Shown: positions 36,941 to 47,547 of the stretch, one piece after another
How positions within the stretch are numbered: position 1 is the stretch's first letter
How the letters are laid out: each line of letters begins with the position of its first letter
NCBI GenBank assembly: GCA_964468805.1
Contig: CAYXWM010000003.1
Coordinates: forward strand, 33,303 to 97,302
Length of the DNA: 64,000 nt
Direction: 5' to 3'
Origin: an uncultured Defluviitaleaceae bacterium
GTDB lineage: Bacteria; Bacillota; Clostridia; Lachnospirales; WRBF01
Translations under genes and position numbers: made by a program
Notes under the pieces: generated by a model
Databases searched by the model: none
What the model saw: only the letters and a program-made list of their open reading frames with translations
What the model was told of the DNA's origin: nothing

Positions 36941-39900
36941 TTATTGCTTTTCAACACCGAAACTTACAGCTTCGCCGTTAATGTTCCATTGTTTGGTATA
37001 TCCCGCCAAACTGTCGGTAACCACATCCACTGCAAGTACATCGGTCATGATTGTTTCCTTGTTACGGGCAATTACATCGCAAATTTTTGCGTTGTCTTTG
37101 CAGTAAACTTTAATGCGGTCAAGTACTTCAAAACCGGCTTCTTTACGCATTGTTTGAACCTTGCTGATAATTTCGCGTACAAAGCCTTCTTCAATCAGCT
37201 CCGGAGTAAGGGTTGTATCCATTACGACGGTGACGTTTTTATCAGACTCGGTTACGTAACCCGGTTGTTGAGCTGTTTCATAAAGCACATCGTCCAAGGT
37301 TAAGGTAACTTCTGTTGATTCAACAGTGAAGCTTACTTCGCCTTGTTTGAATTGAGCCATAAGTTTGTTTCCGTCTCCGGAATTTAATGCTTCTGCAATT
37401 TTCGGAACAAGTTTGCCGTACTTGGGACCAAGGGTACGCAATTGAGGTTTGAAAGTAAAGGTAGTGAAGCTGTCAACGTTTTGGGTGAATTCAACGGTTT
37501 TAATGTTCAACTCATCCTTGATGATTTCAATGTAATCGTTGGGCAAGCTTTCAGCCTCGGTTTTAACAAACATTTTTGCGATGGGTTGGCGGTTTTTAAT
37601 GTTGGCGTTATTACGAGCCGCACGACCCAAAACAACTATATCAAGAACCAAATCCATGTTTGTTTCAAGTTCGGAATCGATTAATTTTTCGTCACAAACA
37701 GGGAAGTCGCATAAATGAACGCTTTCCGGTGCATTTTTATCAACGTTCTTTACAAGGTTATCATAAATTTCTTCGGTCATAAAGGGAACGAAAGGAGCGG
37801 CAAGTTTTGTAACCGTTAACAAGCAGTTGTACAAGGTCATAAAAGCGTTAACTTTGTTTTCGTCCATTTCGGAGCCCCAGAAACGCTCTCTGCAACGGCG
37901 TACATACCAGTTGCTCAAGTTGTCAACAAACTCATGCAGAGCACGACCGGCTTCGGTTAATTTATAATTTTCCAAGTAATTGTCCACATTTTGGATTAAG
38001 CTGTTAAGCTTGGAAAGTATCCATTTATCCATGGGACTTGCGGTTTTGGGATTAAATTTATGCTCAGTGGGGTTAAATTGGTCTATTTCAGCATAAAGTA
38101 CGTAGAATGCGTAAGTATTCCAATAAGTACCCATAAATTTACGCTGTGCTTCGCCTACCGCATCCGCATAGAAACGGTTGGGCAACCAAGGAGCACTGCT
38201 TGTAATAAAGTACCAACGAACCGCATCGGCACCTTGTTTATCCAAAACAGTCCAGGGGTCTACAACGTTTCCTATGTGTTTGGACATTTTACGGCCGTCC
38301 TTGTCTTGAACGTGGCCCAAAACGATTACGTTTTTAAAGGGCGCCTTGTCAAAGAGCAGGGTGGAGATAGCCATAAGAGTATAGAACCATCCTCTGGTTT
38401 GGTCGATAGCTTCGGAAATAAAGTCCGCAGGGAAGTTTTCGTTGAATATATCCTCATTTTCAAAGGGGTAATGCCATTGTGCAAAGGGCATGGAACCGGA
38501 ATCAAACCAGCAGTCTATAACTTCGGGAGTACGTTGCATTTTTTTGCCGCATTTGGGGCAATTAAGTTTAACGTCGTCAATATAAGGTCTGTGTAATTCT
38601 ATATCGTCGGGAACATTGTCGCCCATTTCTTTAAGTTCTGCAATGGAACCTATGGCATGACGATGTCCGCAGGAACATTCCCAAATGGGAAGCGGAGTTC
38701 CCCAATAACGCTCACGACTTAATCCCCAGTCGATTACGTTTTCAAGGAAGTTACCGAAACGTCCGTGTTTGATGTTATCCGGCAGCCAATTAACAGTGTT
38801 GTTGTTTTTCATAAGCTGCTCACGGACTTCGCTCATTTTTATAAACCAAGCGTCTCTTGCGTAATACAGCAAGTGAGTGTCGCATCTCCAGCAGAAAGGA
38901 TAGGTATGTTCATAGTCAATTTCTTTGAACAGATTGCCGCTTTCCGCCAGTTCTTTCATGATTATGGGGTCGGCATCTTTTACAAAAGTGCCTCTCCAAG
39001 GAGCAATATCCACAAATAAACCTTGTTCGTCAACGTGTTGAACAAAGGGCAAACCGTAATTTCTGCCTACTCTTGCGTCGTCCTCACCAAAGGCAGGGGC
39101 ACAGTGAACTATACCTGTACCGTCGGTTAAGGTAACATAATCGTCACAGCATACGTAATAAGCTTTTTTATCGGGTGTATAGAAGTCAAAAAGCGGTTCA
39201 TATTCTCTATGTTCAAGTTCAGAGCCTTGGAAAGTTTCCAGCACTTTATATTCACCCAAAACGGAGGAAAGAAGTGCTTCCGCCATAATAATTTCTTCTC
39301 CGTTGTATTCTGCCAAGGCATATGTCTGATTGGGGTTAACCACCAAGGATACGTTTGAAGGCAAGGTCCATGGAGTGGTTGTCCATGCCATAAAATATTG
39401 ATTTTCTTTATCTTTTACTTTAAATTTTACGAATATTGATTTTTCCTTAACGTCTTTATAGCCTTGGGAGACTTCGTGGCTGGAAAGAGCTGTTCCGCAA
39501 CGAGGGCAATAAGGCACGATTTTATGTCCTTTGTATAACAAATCTTTGTCCCAGATGGTTTTTAATGCCCACCATACGGATTCGATGTATGAATTGTTAT
39601 ATGTTACGTATGGGTTGTCCATATCTGCCCAGAAGCCAACCCTATCGCTCATTTCACGCCATTGTTGTTCATATTTCCAGACGCTTTTTTTACATTGTTG
39701 GATAAATGGCTCTACGCCGTAATTTTCTATTTCGGGTTTTCCTGAAATACCCAATTGTTTTTCTACTTCCAACTCTACGGGCAAGCCGTGAGTATCCCAA
39801 CCGGCTTTACGTAAAACCTTGTATCCCTTCATAGTTTTGTATCTTGGGATTATATCCTTAACCACGCGGGTAATAATATGACCTATGTGAGGTTTGCCGT

Positions 39901-40051
39901 TGGCAGTGGGCGGTCCGTCATAGAAAGTAAATACGGGACAATTTTTGCGATGTTCTATACTTTTTTGAAAAATATCGTTTTCTTTCCAAAATTTTAGTGT
40001 ATTTAATTCGCGACTGACAAAATCCATATTAGAATCTACTTTATTGTACAT
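36941..40051 (-). CDS. ileS: isoleucine-tRNA ligase, type 2 (long form)
   Basis: 1036 aa. GPPTANGKPHIGH (HIGH) and KMSKHIGN (KMSKS) motifs, CP1 editing insertion. Confidence 0.95.
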   Translation of the reverse strand: MYNKVDSNMDFVSRELNTLKFWKENDIFQKSIEHRKNCPVFTFYDGPPTANGKPHIGHIITRVVKDIIPRYKTMKGYKVLRKAGWDTHGLPVELEVEKQLGISGKPEIENYGVEPFIQQCKKSVWKYEQQWREMSDRVGFWADMDNPYVTYNNSYIESVWWALKTIWDKDLLYKGHKIVPYCPRCGTALSSHEVSQGYKDVKEKSIFVKFKVKDKENQYFMAWTTTPWTLPSNVSLVVNPNQTYALAEYNGEEIIMAEALLSSVLGEYKVLETFQGSELEHREYEPLFDFYTPDKKAYYVCCDDYVTLTDGTGIVHCAPAFGEDDARVGRNYGLPFVQHVDEQGLFVDIAPWRGTFVKDADPIIMKELAESGNLFKEIDYEHTYPFCWRCDTHLLYYARDAWFIKMSEVREQLMKNNNTVNWLPDNIKHGRFGNFLENVIDWGLSRERYWGTPLPIWECSCGHRHAIGSIAELKEMGDNVPDDIELHRPYIDDVKLNCPKCGKKMQRTPEVIDCWFDSGSMPFAQWHYPFENEDIFNENFPADFISEAIDQTRGWFYTLMAISTLLFDKAPFKNVIVLGHVQDKDGRKMSKHIGNVVDPWTVLDKQGADAVRWYFITSSAPWLPNRFYADAVGEAQRKFMGTYWNTYAFYVLYAEIDQFNPTEHKFNPKTASPMDKWILSKLNSLIQNVDNYLENYKLTEAGRALHEFVDNLSNWYVRRCRERFWGSEMDENKVNAFMTLYNCLLTVTKLAAPFVPFMTEEIYDNLVKNVDKNAPESVHLCDFPVCDEKLIDSELETNMDLVLDIVVLGRAARNNANIKNRQPIAKMFVKTEAESLPNDYIEIIKDELNIKTVEFTQNVDSFTTFTFKPQLRTLGPKYGKLVPKIAEALNSGDGNKLMAQFKQGEVSFTVESTEVTLTLDDVLYETAQQPGYVTESDKNVTVVMDTTLTPELIEEGFVREIISKVQTMRKEAGFEVLDRIKVYCKDNAKICDVIARNKETIMTDVLAVDVVTDSLAGYTKQWNINGEAVSFGVEKQ

Positions 40052-40123
40052 TCACTTTCCTCCTATCATTAGATAAGTATACCCACATTCGAAAAATTTG
40101 TAAAGTGTTTGCGGTATGTAAGA

Positions 40124-40180
40124 TAAAAAAGGGCGAAAAACCTTGGGGAAAACTTTTTCTGAAGAAAAAGTTTTCCCCAA
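40124..40180 (-). terminator. intrinsic terminator after the GHMP kinase gene
   Basis: GGGGAAAACTTTTT / AAAAAGTTTTCCCC stem followed by a T-rich tract on the minus strand. Confidence 0.8.
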
Positions 40181-40223
40181 ACCCCTTTCAAAAAGACTTT
40201 ATTATAAAAAATATTAATATTGT

Positions 40224-41507
40224 TTATTTTGTGCCTTTAAGTTCTACGGCGCCGTCGGGGCGGATATTTAGGACATGGACGGAGTCGTCGCCGTATACGG
40301 CTATCATTTTTTTATTGAAGGTATCCAGCAAGTCGTTTGGTACGAAATTTATGGTTGTTCCACCGAAACCGCCGCCTTGGACTCGCCAAGCACCTCTGCC
40401 TTTAAGAACGTCTTCTGCCAAAAACAGTGCAAGGGTTAAGCCTTGTTCCTTTTGAGCGGAGGAGAAGATATTTTGCAAATACTGAAACGAGGAAAGACCG
40501 GATTCTGTAACCAAGTCCAAAAACTCTTTAAACTTGTCGTTTTTCAGACAGTCCGCTACAGTTTTGGCTCGTTGGGTTTCTTTGTAGAAATGCAAAGCAC
40601 GAAGCACGGCTCGGTCGCCGCATTTTTTGCGAAGCAGGGCTATATTATCCGAAACATCTTGGGGATTAACTTGGGACAGAGTTTCTTTACCGAAATAATT
40701 AGCAACCGATTTCATGTCGTATGTAATGGCTGCATATTCGTGGGATAAATCAGAGTGCTCGGTTTTATTGTCTACTATAACAACAGAAAAATCTCGGGCG
40801 GTTAAGTCGAAATCTATTTTATCCACCAAAGCCGGTTGATTTTTAAAATCTATGGCAACCACTCCGCCGTAAGCACAGGCAATTTGGTCCATAAGACCGC
40901 AGGGTTTACCGAAATATCGATTTTCGGAATATTGAGCAATTTCGGAAATTTCCAAAGCGGAAATTTTTCCGTCGTTATAGAAGTTATTCAGTATAGTACC
41001 TACCAAAACTTCAAAAGCCGCGGAGGATGAAAGCCCGGAGCCTTTTAAAACCGAGGTTACAGCAACCGCATCAAAACCGCCTACCTTATAGCCCAACTCT
41101 TTAAAACGGGCAACTATACCCCGAATAAGAGCATCGGAAGTACCCTGTTCCTCGTCTTTCGGTTCAAGCTCGGTTATATTAACGGTATTCATAGGATATT
41201 CCATGGATTTCAGGCGAATTTGTTCATTGCCTGTTTTTGTTGCAATTGATATAATATCTAAATTGACAGAAGCCGCAACAACACAGCCGTTATTATGGTC
41301 CGTATGGTTACCGACTATTTCGCAGCGTCCCGGTACGGAAAACAAACTAACAGCCTCCGGTTCACCGAAAGTATTTTTAAAATACTCGCAAAGTTCGGTA
41401 TAACGTTGTTTTTGATTATCAACTTCATTTTTTAAATACAGTCTTTCAAATTCCTTGTTGTAGAAATCGGTCTTCAATTTTGCGGTTACATCGTTTAAAG
41501 TAAGCAT
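40224..41507 (-). CDS. GHMP-family sugar kinase (galactokinase family)
   Basis: 427 aa. Galactokinase-like N-terminal signature PGRCEIVGNHTDHNNG and the GHMP ATP motif GSGLSSSAA. Confidence 0.75.
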   Translation of the reverse strand: MLTLNDVTAKLKTDFYNKEFERLYLKNEVDNQKQRYTELCEYFKNTFGEPEAVSLFSVPGRCEIVGNHTDHNNGCVVAASVNLDIISIATKTGNEQIRLKSMEYPMNTVNITELEPKDEEQGTSDALIRGIVARFKELGYKVGGFDAVAVTSVLKGSGLSSSAAFEVLVGTILNNFYNDGKISALEISEIAQYSENRYFGKPCGLMDQIACAYGGVVAIDFKNQPALVDKIDFDLTARDFSVVIVDNKTEHSDLSHEYAAITYDMKSVANYFGKETLSQVNPQDVSDNIALLRKKCGDRAVLRALHFYKETQRAKTVADCLKNDKFKEFLDLVTESGLSSFQYLQNIFSSAQKEQGLTLALFLAEDVLKGRGAWRVQGGGFGGTTINFVPNDLLDTFNKKMIAVYGDDSVHVLNIRPDGAVELKGTK

Positions 41508-41638
41508 ATTTTATACCTCATTCCAAGTTTATTTTCATAATTACTGTGTAAAACGCACTCATTGCGTGAGAATTACTTCGAAATCAATTTGCCATAGAAA
41601 ATTTAACGGCTGCAAACTCACATTATTAAGGGGATTTT

Positions 41639-42469
41639 ATGAGCGGAAAACTTTATATTTGCGGTACTCCCATAGGCAATCTGGAAGATATGACCTTTAG
41701 GGCTATAAAAACTTTGCAAGAAGCAGACATAATAGCCTGCGAAGATACTCGTCATACCATAAAATTATTAAATCATTTCAACATTAAAAATCACCTAGAA
41801 GCCTACCACGAACACAACAAAAATGTCAAGGCTAAAAAGTTGACGGAGCTTTTAAAATCGGGAAAAAACATAGCCCTTGTGACTGATGCGGGTATGCCTT
41901 GTATTTCCGACCCGGGATACGAACTTATCAGCCTTTGCATAGAAAACAATATTCCTGTAACTGTTGTACCGGGACCTACCGCCTTAACGTCGGCATTGGC
42001 TTTATCCGGGCTTCCTTCGGAAAGGTTTATTTTCGAGGGTTTTTTACCGCAAAATAATAAATCACGCAAAGAAATACTCTCATCCTTGGCAAAGGAGCCC
42101 CGAACCGTTATATTCTATGAAGCTCCTCACCACTTGGTAAAAACTCTGGAGGATATTCTTAAATATCTGGGTAATCGCAAAATATCCGCAGTTAGAGAAT
42201 TAACCAAAATATATGAGGAATTGAAAAGAGGAACCGTTGAGGAATTACTTAGCTTCTACAAAGAAAACCCTCCAAAGGGCGAATTTGTACTTATAGTAGA
42301 AGGAGCAACCAAAGATATTAAGGATTGGGACCATATCTCCGTAGAAGACCATGTGAAAGAATATATTGAGGCCGGCTTGGATAAGATGTCAGCCATGAAA
42401 GCGGCAGCAAAAGACAGGGGAGTAAGCAAAAGCAAGATATACGCCATACTTAATGCAGAAAAAGAATAA
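41639..42469 (+). CDS. rsmI: 16S rRNA (cytidine1402-2'-O)-methyltransferase
   Basis: LYICGTPIGNLEDMTFRA...ACEDTRHT tetrapyrrole-methylase-fold signature of RsmI. Confidence 0.9.
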   Translation: MSGKLYICGTPIGNLEDMTFRAIKTLQEADIIACEDTRHTIKLLNHFNIKNHLEAYHEHNKNVKAKKLTELLKSGKNIALVTDAGMPCISDPGYELISLCIENNIPVTVVPGPTALTSALALSGLPSERFIFEGFLPQNNKSRKEILSSLAKEPRTVIFYEAPHHLVKTLEDILKYLGNRKISAVRELTKIYEELKRGTVEELLSFYKENPPKGEFVLIVEGATKDIKDWDHISVEDHVKEYIEAGLDKMSAMKAAAKDRGVSKSKIYAILNAEKE

Positions 42470-42481
42470 ACAGTTTCAAAC

Positions 42482-42526
42482 AAACCATTCTGAGATTTAT
42501 ATAAAATCTTGGAGTGGTTTTTTATT
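42482..42526 (+). terminator. intrinsic terminator after rsmI (imperfect stem)
   Basis: AAACCATTCTGAGATTT / AAATCTTGGAGTGGTTT imperfect stem followed by TTTTTATTTT. Confidence 0.55.
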
Positions 42527-42948
42527 TTGGTGAAGATTTTCATGTTATTAACATTAAATGCAACCTTTCTGACATAAAATATAGTAATACTTTTACTACA
42601 GATGTATAGAAAAAATATCTGTGCTTCATAGGAGTTCGTTTAATAAATTTTTACGGAAACGCCGGAACAGACCCTTTCTAACATTTTTCATGAAAGTCGT
42701 ACTCCTGTGTTTAAACAAGATACGGTATAAATGCAATCCGGAAGAAAAGCATAGATTCAAACGGGAAAAAAGCTGTTAAAACTTATAAATTTGTCGTAAC
42801 TTTATCCGGGTTTTCAGCGATTATTACAAAAAAATTACAACTCATTATATATAATTAAAATACTTCGGCAAGCTTATTCCGAACATTTTAAAAAACGGTG
42901 AAGTATTTGCCGTTTTCAAGCTCTCATATGTAAAGGAGGTGTAGGCTT

Positions 42949-43863
42949 GTGGAGATTTATGCCGACGTTGTTTTCTTGGTAAATTTCGTAATGGATGTGT
43001 TTATATTATGGTCCCTGGGTATTTTAACGGGGCGGAAGCGGAAGAAATCAAAAATATTTTCAGCAGGATTTGTAATGTCGATTTTATACTGCTTACTGGT
43101 GTTTTTGATTGAATTACGCTCTTATTTGAACATATTCGCCTCCATCACCATAATATTGATAGGAGTAGCCATAGCCTATACCCCGGCAAATATTAAGGAA
43201 CTGACCAAACTTACGATACTTTGCCATATCATAGCTTTTAGCATAGGCGGTTTCGGTTTGGCTATTTATTATTTCAGCAACATATATGATTTTTTCGGCA
43301 ATGTGATAAGCGGAACTGTAACGAATTTTTCGTTTGTAACTTTAATTTATTCCACCGTTGCCTTTTACATAGTTTTAAAGCTGTTTCAAAGATGGATTTT
43401 ACGAAGGGCTGTTCTAAAACAAATATACTATCCCATAAAGATTTATTGCGGAACTCAAGAGGCTTCGTTAAATGTACTGGCCGATACGGGAAATACACTT
43501 TGCGACCCCATAAGCAACGCTCCTGTCATAGTGGCGGAATATAAAGCAATTAAAAGCTTTTTTCCCGATAGCATAAAAGAAATGTTTAAGGAAAACGACC
43601 AATGCGATTTGTACAGGTTGAGTGCTGCTGTAGAGGGCGGAGATTTTTGGGGAAAATTTCGTATGATTCCTTTTTCCGCCATAGGTCATCAAAACGGTTT
43701 ATTGTTGGGTTTTAGGCCTGACAGGGTAGAGATTACTCAAGATAATACAAAGATTACTTTGGATAACACAGTTATAGGAATTTATAATCTTTGTCTTACC
43801 AAGGATGGTGCGTATCAAGGTTTGATAAATCCCCAACTGTTGAGTTTTCATAAAAAAGGCTGA
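42949..43863 (+). CDS. spoIIGA: sigma-E processing peptidase SpoIIGA
   Basis: GTG start 7 nt after AAAGGAGGTG. The N-terminal EIYADVVFLVNFVMD membrane domain and the DTGN aspartic protease motif (LADTGNTLCDP) are typical of SpoIIGA. Confidence 0.9.
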   Translation: MEIYADVVFLVNFVMDVFILWSLGILTGRKRKKSKIFSAGFVMSILYCLLVFLIELRSYLNIFASITIILIGVAIAYTPANIKELTKLTILCHIIAFSIGGFGLAIYYFSNIYDFFGNVISGTVTNFSFVTLIYSTVAFYIVLKLFQRWILRRAVLKQIYYPIKIYCGTQEASLNVLADTGNTLCDPISNAPVIVAEYKAIKSFFPDSIKEMFKENDQCDLYRLSAAVEGGDFWGKFRMIPFSAIGHQNGLLLGFRPDRVEITQDNTKITLDNTVIGIYNLCLTKDGAYQGLINPQLLSFHKKG

Positions 43864-43910
43864 ATTAATAACGAAATATTCGTTGGCGGCAAAGCATAAG
43901 GAGGTTAATA

Positions 43911-44648
43911 ATGCCGAAAATCAAAGACCTAATATTCGTTACTAAAGATTTGTTTGACAAGTTCAACACAAAAATTGTTGATTGCGAACCGGATACCATC
44001 TATTACATAGGCGGAAACGACGTTTTGCCGTCGCCCTTGGACCCCAAAGAGGAAGCGGAGCTTTTGGAACAATTGGGTACTAACGAAGACCTGCAAGTAA
44101 AATCCGTATTAATAGAACGGAATTTGAGGCTTGTAGTTTACATAGCGAGAAAATTTGAAAATACCGGAGTAAATGTAGAGGATTTAATTTCCATAGGAAC
44201 CATTGGGTTGATAAAATCCATAAACACCTTTAGGTTGGACAAAAAAATTAAGCTTGCTACCTATGCTTCTCGTTGCATAGAAAACGAGATTCTTATGTAT
44301 TTACGCCGCAACACCAGGACGAAAAGCGAAGTCTCCATTGACGAGCCTTTGAATGTGGATTGGGAAGGAAACGAATTGCTGCTGTCGGATATTTTGGGCA
44401 CGGAAGTAGACGTTATCTATAGGGATATAGAAGAGGAAGTTGACAGGGAGCTTCTTAATAAGGCAATAGAAAAGCTTTCTCAGCGCGAAAAACGAATTAT
44501 TGAACTCAGATTTGGTCTAAACAGCGATTCCCAAGAAATGACCCAAAAAGAAGTGGCAGACTTATTGGGAATATCCCAATCCTACATTTCACGTTTGGAA
44601 AAGAAAATAATCGGCAGGTTAAAAAAGGAAATTAAGCGTATGGTGTAA
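43911..44648 (+). CDS. sigE: sporulation sigma factor SigE (pro-sigma-E)
   Basis: 245 aa with a pro-sequence, then [13 protein letters not shown]. Regions 2 and 4 of a sigma-70 family factor. Immediately follows spoIIGA. Confidence 0.9.
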   Translation: MPKIKDLIFVTKDLFDKFNTKIVDCEPDTIYYIGGNDVLPSPLDPKEEAELLEQLGTNEDLQVKSVLIERNLRLVVYIARKFENTGVNVEDLISIGTIGLIKSINTFRLDKKIKLATYASRCIENEILMYLRRNTRTKSEVSIDEPLNVDWEGNELLLSDILGTEVDVIYRDIEEEVDRELLNKAIEKLSQREKRIIELRFGLNSDSQEMTQKEVADLLGISQSYISRLEKKIIGRLKKEIKRMV

Positions 44649-44654
44649 ATAAAG

Positions 44655-44714
44655 CAAACCTTGAGGGAGAAAGTCTTTTTATCAACGGCAAAAGGTTTCT
44701 CCCTTAAACTCTAT
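44655..44714. terminator. family-3 hairpin repeat, terminator after sigE
   Basis: AAACCTTGAGGGAGAAA / TTTCTCCCTTAA stem. Its reverse complement is nearly identical to 22473-22536, including flanking ATAGAGT. Confidence 0.65.
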
Positions 44715-44805
44715 ATTTCCAAAATCCGATTAAAAACGATTACCGGTTGCAAAGTTGAAAAAAAGCAGTTAAGAGGAATAATCCTTTTAACTGCTTTTTC
44801 GTTAT

Positions 44806-47379
44806 CTAAACTTTGAAATCCGATACCATTTGGGTTAAGACTTCAGAAAGGGTATTTAGTTGTTGAGAAGCGGCTGCGGCTTCTTGTGATGTTGCTGAAT
44901 TGCGTTGAATTACTTTTGATATTTCGGATATACCCTCGTTAATTTTAGAAATCCCTTGTGCTTGCTCGTTGGTAGATTTATAGATTGAGTTAATTATTGA
45001 GGATATTGAGTTAATGTCACTGATAATGGTATTGAGTGCATCGGAAGTTGTGGTTGCAAGTTGGGTTCCGGAGTTGATTTTTAAAATCGCGTCCTCTATT
45101 AAATTAGCTGTTTCCTGTGCCGCTTTTTGACTTCTGCCGGCAAGTGAACGTACTTCTTCGGCTACCACGGCAAAACCTTTGCCGTGCTGACCTGCCCTTG
45201 CTGCTTCCACAGCGGCGTTTAACGCCAGCAAGTTGGTTTGGAAGGCTATATCGTCTATGGTTTTGATAATTTTGGAGATATTGTTGGAAGCCGCCTTAAT
45301 TTCGTCCATGGAATAAAGCATATTAGCCATTTGCTTATTGCCTTCACCGGCACTGGTAATGGATTTTTTGGATAATTCGTCGGCATTTTTGGCTTCCACA
45401 GTATTTTGTTGCGTTTGCTCGTTAATTACATTAATTGAGTAATTCAGATTCTCTATTGTCGTTGCCTGCATAGTGGTTCCGTCAGCCAAATTCATAGAGG
45501 TTTCGGAGATCTGTTTTGCACCTGTATAAACATTTTCTGCGGATGCACGAATATTCGAAACAGTTTCTCGTAGGTTAGAATTAATCTTATTGATAGATTC
45601 CTTAATCATATTAAATTGACCAACATATTCACGAGTTATTTCTCTACGCAAATCACCTTGAGAAACAGTATCTAAAATTTCTGTAATCTCATCAATATAC
45701 GAGCCCACAGAAATTACGGTCTTTTCAAGAGAAACCATCATTTCGGCATAAGTTCCGTGATAATTTTTATTGATGCTGATGTTAAAGTCACCGCAAGACA
45801 AACGGCGCAGGGCACAGTTAACCTCTGTAATGGGTTTGTTAACTGCAATAAGTAAGTTGTTTAATCCTTCTGCAAGCTTTCTCCAGCCTCCTCCGTACTG
45901 CTCAGTGTCAATTCTTGCGGTAAGGTCACCTTCAATAGCGGACACTATAAGCTGAGAAAGCTCGTTATGGAGAGAAGATATGCTATGTTTTAATTCATTA
46001 AATCTTGTGTTGGCAAAAGCCTTTTGACCCGGAAACTCTTTTAAATTAACCTCAAAATTACCGTTGCCCAGATCGCCAAAAACGTTGATTATAGTTGAAG
46101 TATCTATAACCAGCGATTCAAATAAGGTGTTAATGGCATAAGATACCTTTTTGTAGTCCCCATTAAACAGACTTTCATCGATTTTAGCTGTTATCTCGCC
46201 CTTATCAAATCGGTCTGCCATAACGTCTATATTGTCTACCAAATTAATTATGTTGTCACGCATAACAGACACCGAGCGAGCCAAGGAACCTATTTCGTCG
46301 TTGCGTTCGGTATGCAGATTGGCGTTTAGGTTTCCGTCTGCCATTTCTTTAACGGCAGTTTCTATTTCAGTAATGGGACGCAGATTTTTGTTTATCATAA
46401 AGTACAGTAAAGCGGCTATAGCAATAAGTGCAATAATACTCACAATAATAACAGTGGCTATTTGCTCTGCTACGGGTGCATAAAATTCTTTATCATCAAC
46501 GCTGGAAATACTTAGCCAAACTGTTTTTGAACCACCCACATAAAAAGGAACGATTGAGCTGTAATATCGCTGACCATCCTTCATTTCATCAAAAAAGCCG
46601 GTGTTGACAGGATTTTTTGCTACGTCCAATATAAGATCGGGGTCTTTGCTCCCGGAGACATCTTTGTATTTTCTACCTATGTTTTCCGGAGTTATACTAT
46701 CCATGATGACGGTTTGGTGACCGCAGACTATTTCGTTATACTGACTTTTATATTGCGGTGAAGTATAGGTATTGGAAGAAAGCAAAGCCGTATCAATATC
46801 ACTGCCCACAAGACCAAGGAAATTGTTGTTTTCGTCCACAATCGGTCTGATAACAGTAATAACCGTGTATTCCTTACCGTTAATGCTTTTTTTGTGAGGA
46901 TCAAGAACGGTAAGAGCCTTGGATTGTGCTATAGCGGCATATTCTTCTTTGGTTAAAAATAAATCTTGTCTTAATTCATATTGTGCTTTTTCCCCGGTTG
47001 AATAAACCGTATAGCCGTTGGGTTTTACAAACTCGTCACCCACAGTATAAAAAAGGCTTAACATATCATTGTCTATGGCTTTCACAGAAGAGATAAGACC
47101 TGACAAGTTTTGATTTCTGAATTCGTCGGGAATGGTTCCCAAATTAATAACGGCTTTAATTAGGACCTCTTGCTTGTTAATAACAGAATCCATAAACTTC
47201 AAAGTAATTTTTGAGCTAAGATCTGCTATAAGAGATACTTTTTCTTTTTGTTCAAAAATCAAATTTTTGCTTGTAGAGTTTGCTATGACAACAGTTAGTA
47301 CAATGAAGGAAATCAGCAATCCCAAAACTGCAAACAATGTTAATTTTGATGCCAATTTCTTTTGCTTACCCATTTTCAT
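44806..47379 (-). CDS. methyl-accepting chemotaxis protein (Cache-type sensor, multiple HAMP, MCP signalling domain)
   Basis: 857 aa. Two TM helices bracket a ~270-aa extracytoplasmic domain. Conserved hairpin tip [31 protein letters not shown]. Confidence 0.9.
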   Translation of the reverse strand: MKMGKQKKLASKLTLFAVLGLLISFIVLTVVIANSTSKNLIFEQKEKVSLIADLSSKITLKFMDSVINKQEVLIKAVINLGTIPDEFRNQNLSGLISSVKAIDNDMLSLFYTVGDEFVKPNGYTVYSTGEKAQYELRQDLFLTKEEYAAIAQSKALTVLDPHKKSINGKEYTVITVIRPIVDENNNFLGLVGSDIDTALLSSNTYTSPQYKSQYNEIVCGHQTVIMDSITPENIGRKYKDVSGSKDPDLILDVAKNPVNTGFFDEMKDGQRYYSSIVPFYVGGSKTVWLSISSVDDKEFYAPVAEQIATVIIVSIIALIAIAALLYFMINKNLRPITEIETAVKEMADGNLNANLHTERNDEIGSLARSVSVMRDNIINLVDNIDVMADRFDKGEITAKIDESLFNGDYKKVSYAINTLFESLVIDTSTIINVFGDLGNGNFEVNLKEFPGQKAFANTRFNELKHSISSLHNELSQLIVSAIEGDLTARIDTEQYGGGWRKLAEGLNNLLIAVNKPITEVNCALRRLSCGDFNISINKNYHGTYAEMMVSLEKTVISVGSYIDEITEILDTVSQGDLRREITREYVGQFNMIKESINKINSNLRETVSNIRASAENVYTGAKQISETSMNLADGTTMQATTIENLNYSINVINEQTQQNTVEAKNADELSKKSITSAGEGNKQMANMLYSMDEIKAASNNISKIIKTIDDIAFQTNLLALNAAVEAARAGQHGKGFAVVAEEVRSLAGRSQKAAQETANLIEDAILKINSGTQLATTTSDALNTIISDINSISSIINSIYKSTNEQAQGISKINEGISEISKVIQRNSATSQEAAAASQQLNTLSEVLTQMVSDFKV

Positions 47380-47547
47380 TACTCCTATCTTTTAACCTTT
47401 GGGGGTGTGCCCGAAAAGTACTTAAGGTAGTATGGTTTTGAGCAATTATATTAAGTGTAAGAAAAATACCGACTCTTACCTATGCCGGTTCCGCAGAAAC
47501 ATTTGCGGAAAGACACAGTAATATAGTTTTTTGACACACTCCGTTTA

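Noticed and set aside
40052-40223. Search for T-box leaders upstream of ileS (40052-40223) and asnB (12231-12400), and for a PerR/Fur-type box upstream of the catalase gene (13830-13926).
   Set aside because: No GGGTGGTACCGCG-like T-box sequence, specifier-loop context or TTATAATNATTATAA-like box was found by eye. The absence is reported only as an observation for ileS.
41614-41627. A 14-nt identical string AAACTCACATTATT is shared with 62674-62687.
   Set aside because: The flanks are unrelated. Exact matches of this length are expected by chance in 64 kb of AT-rich sequence.
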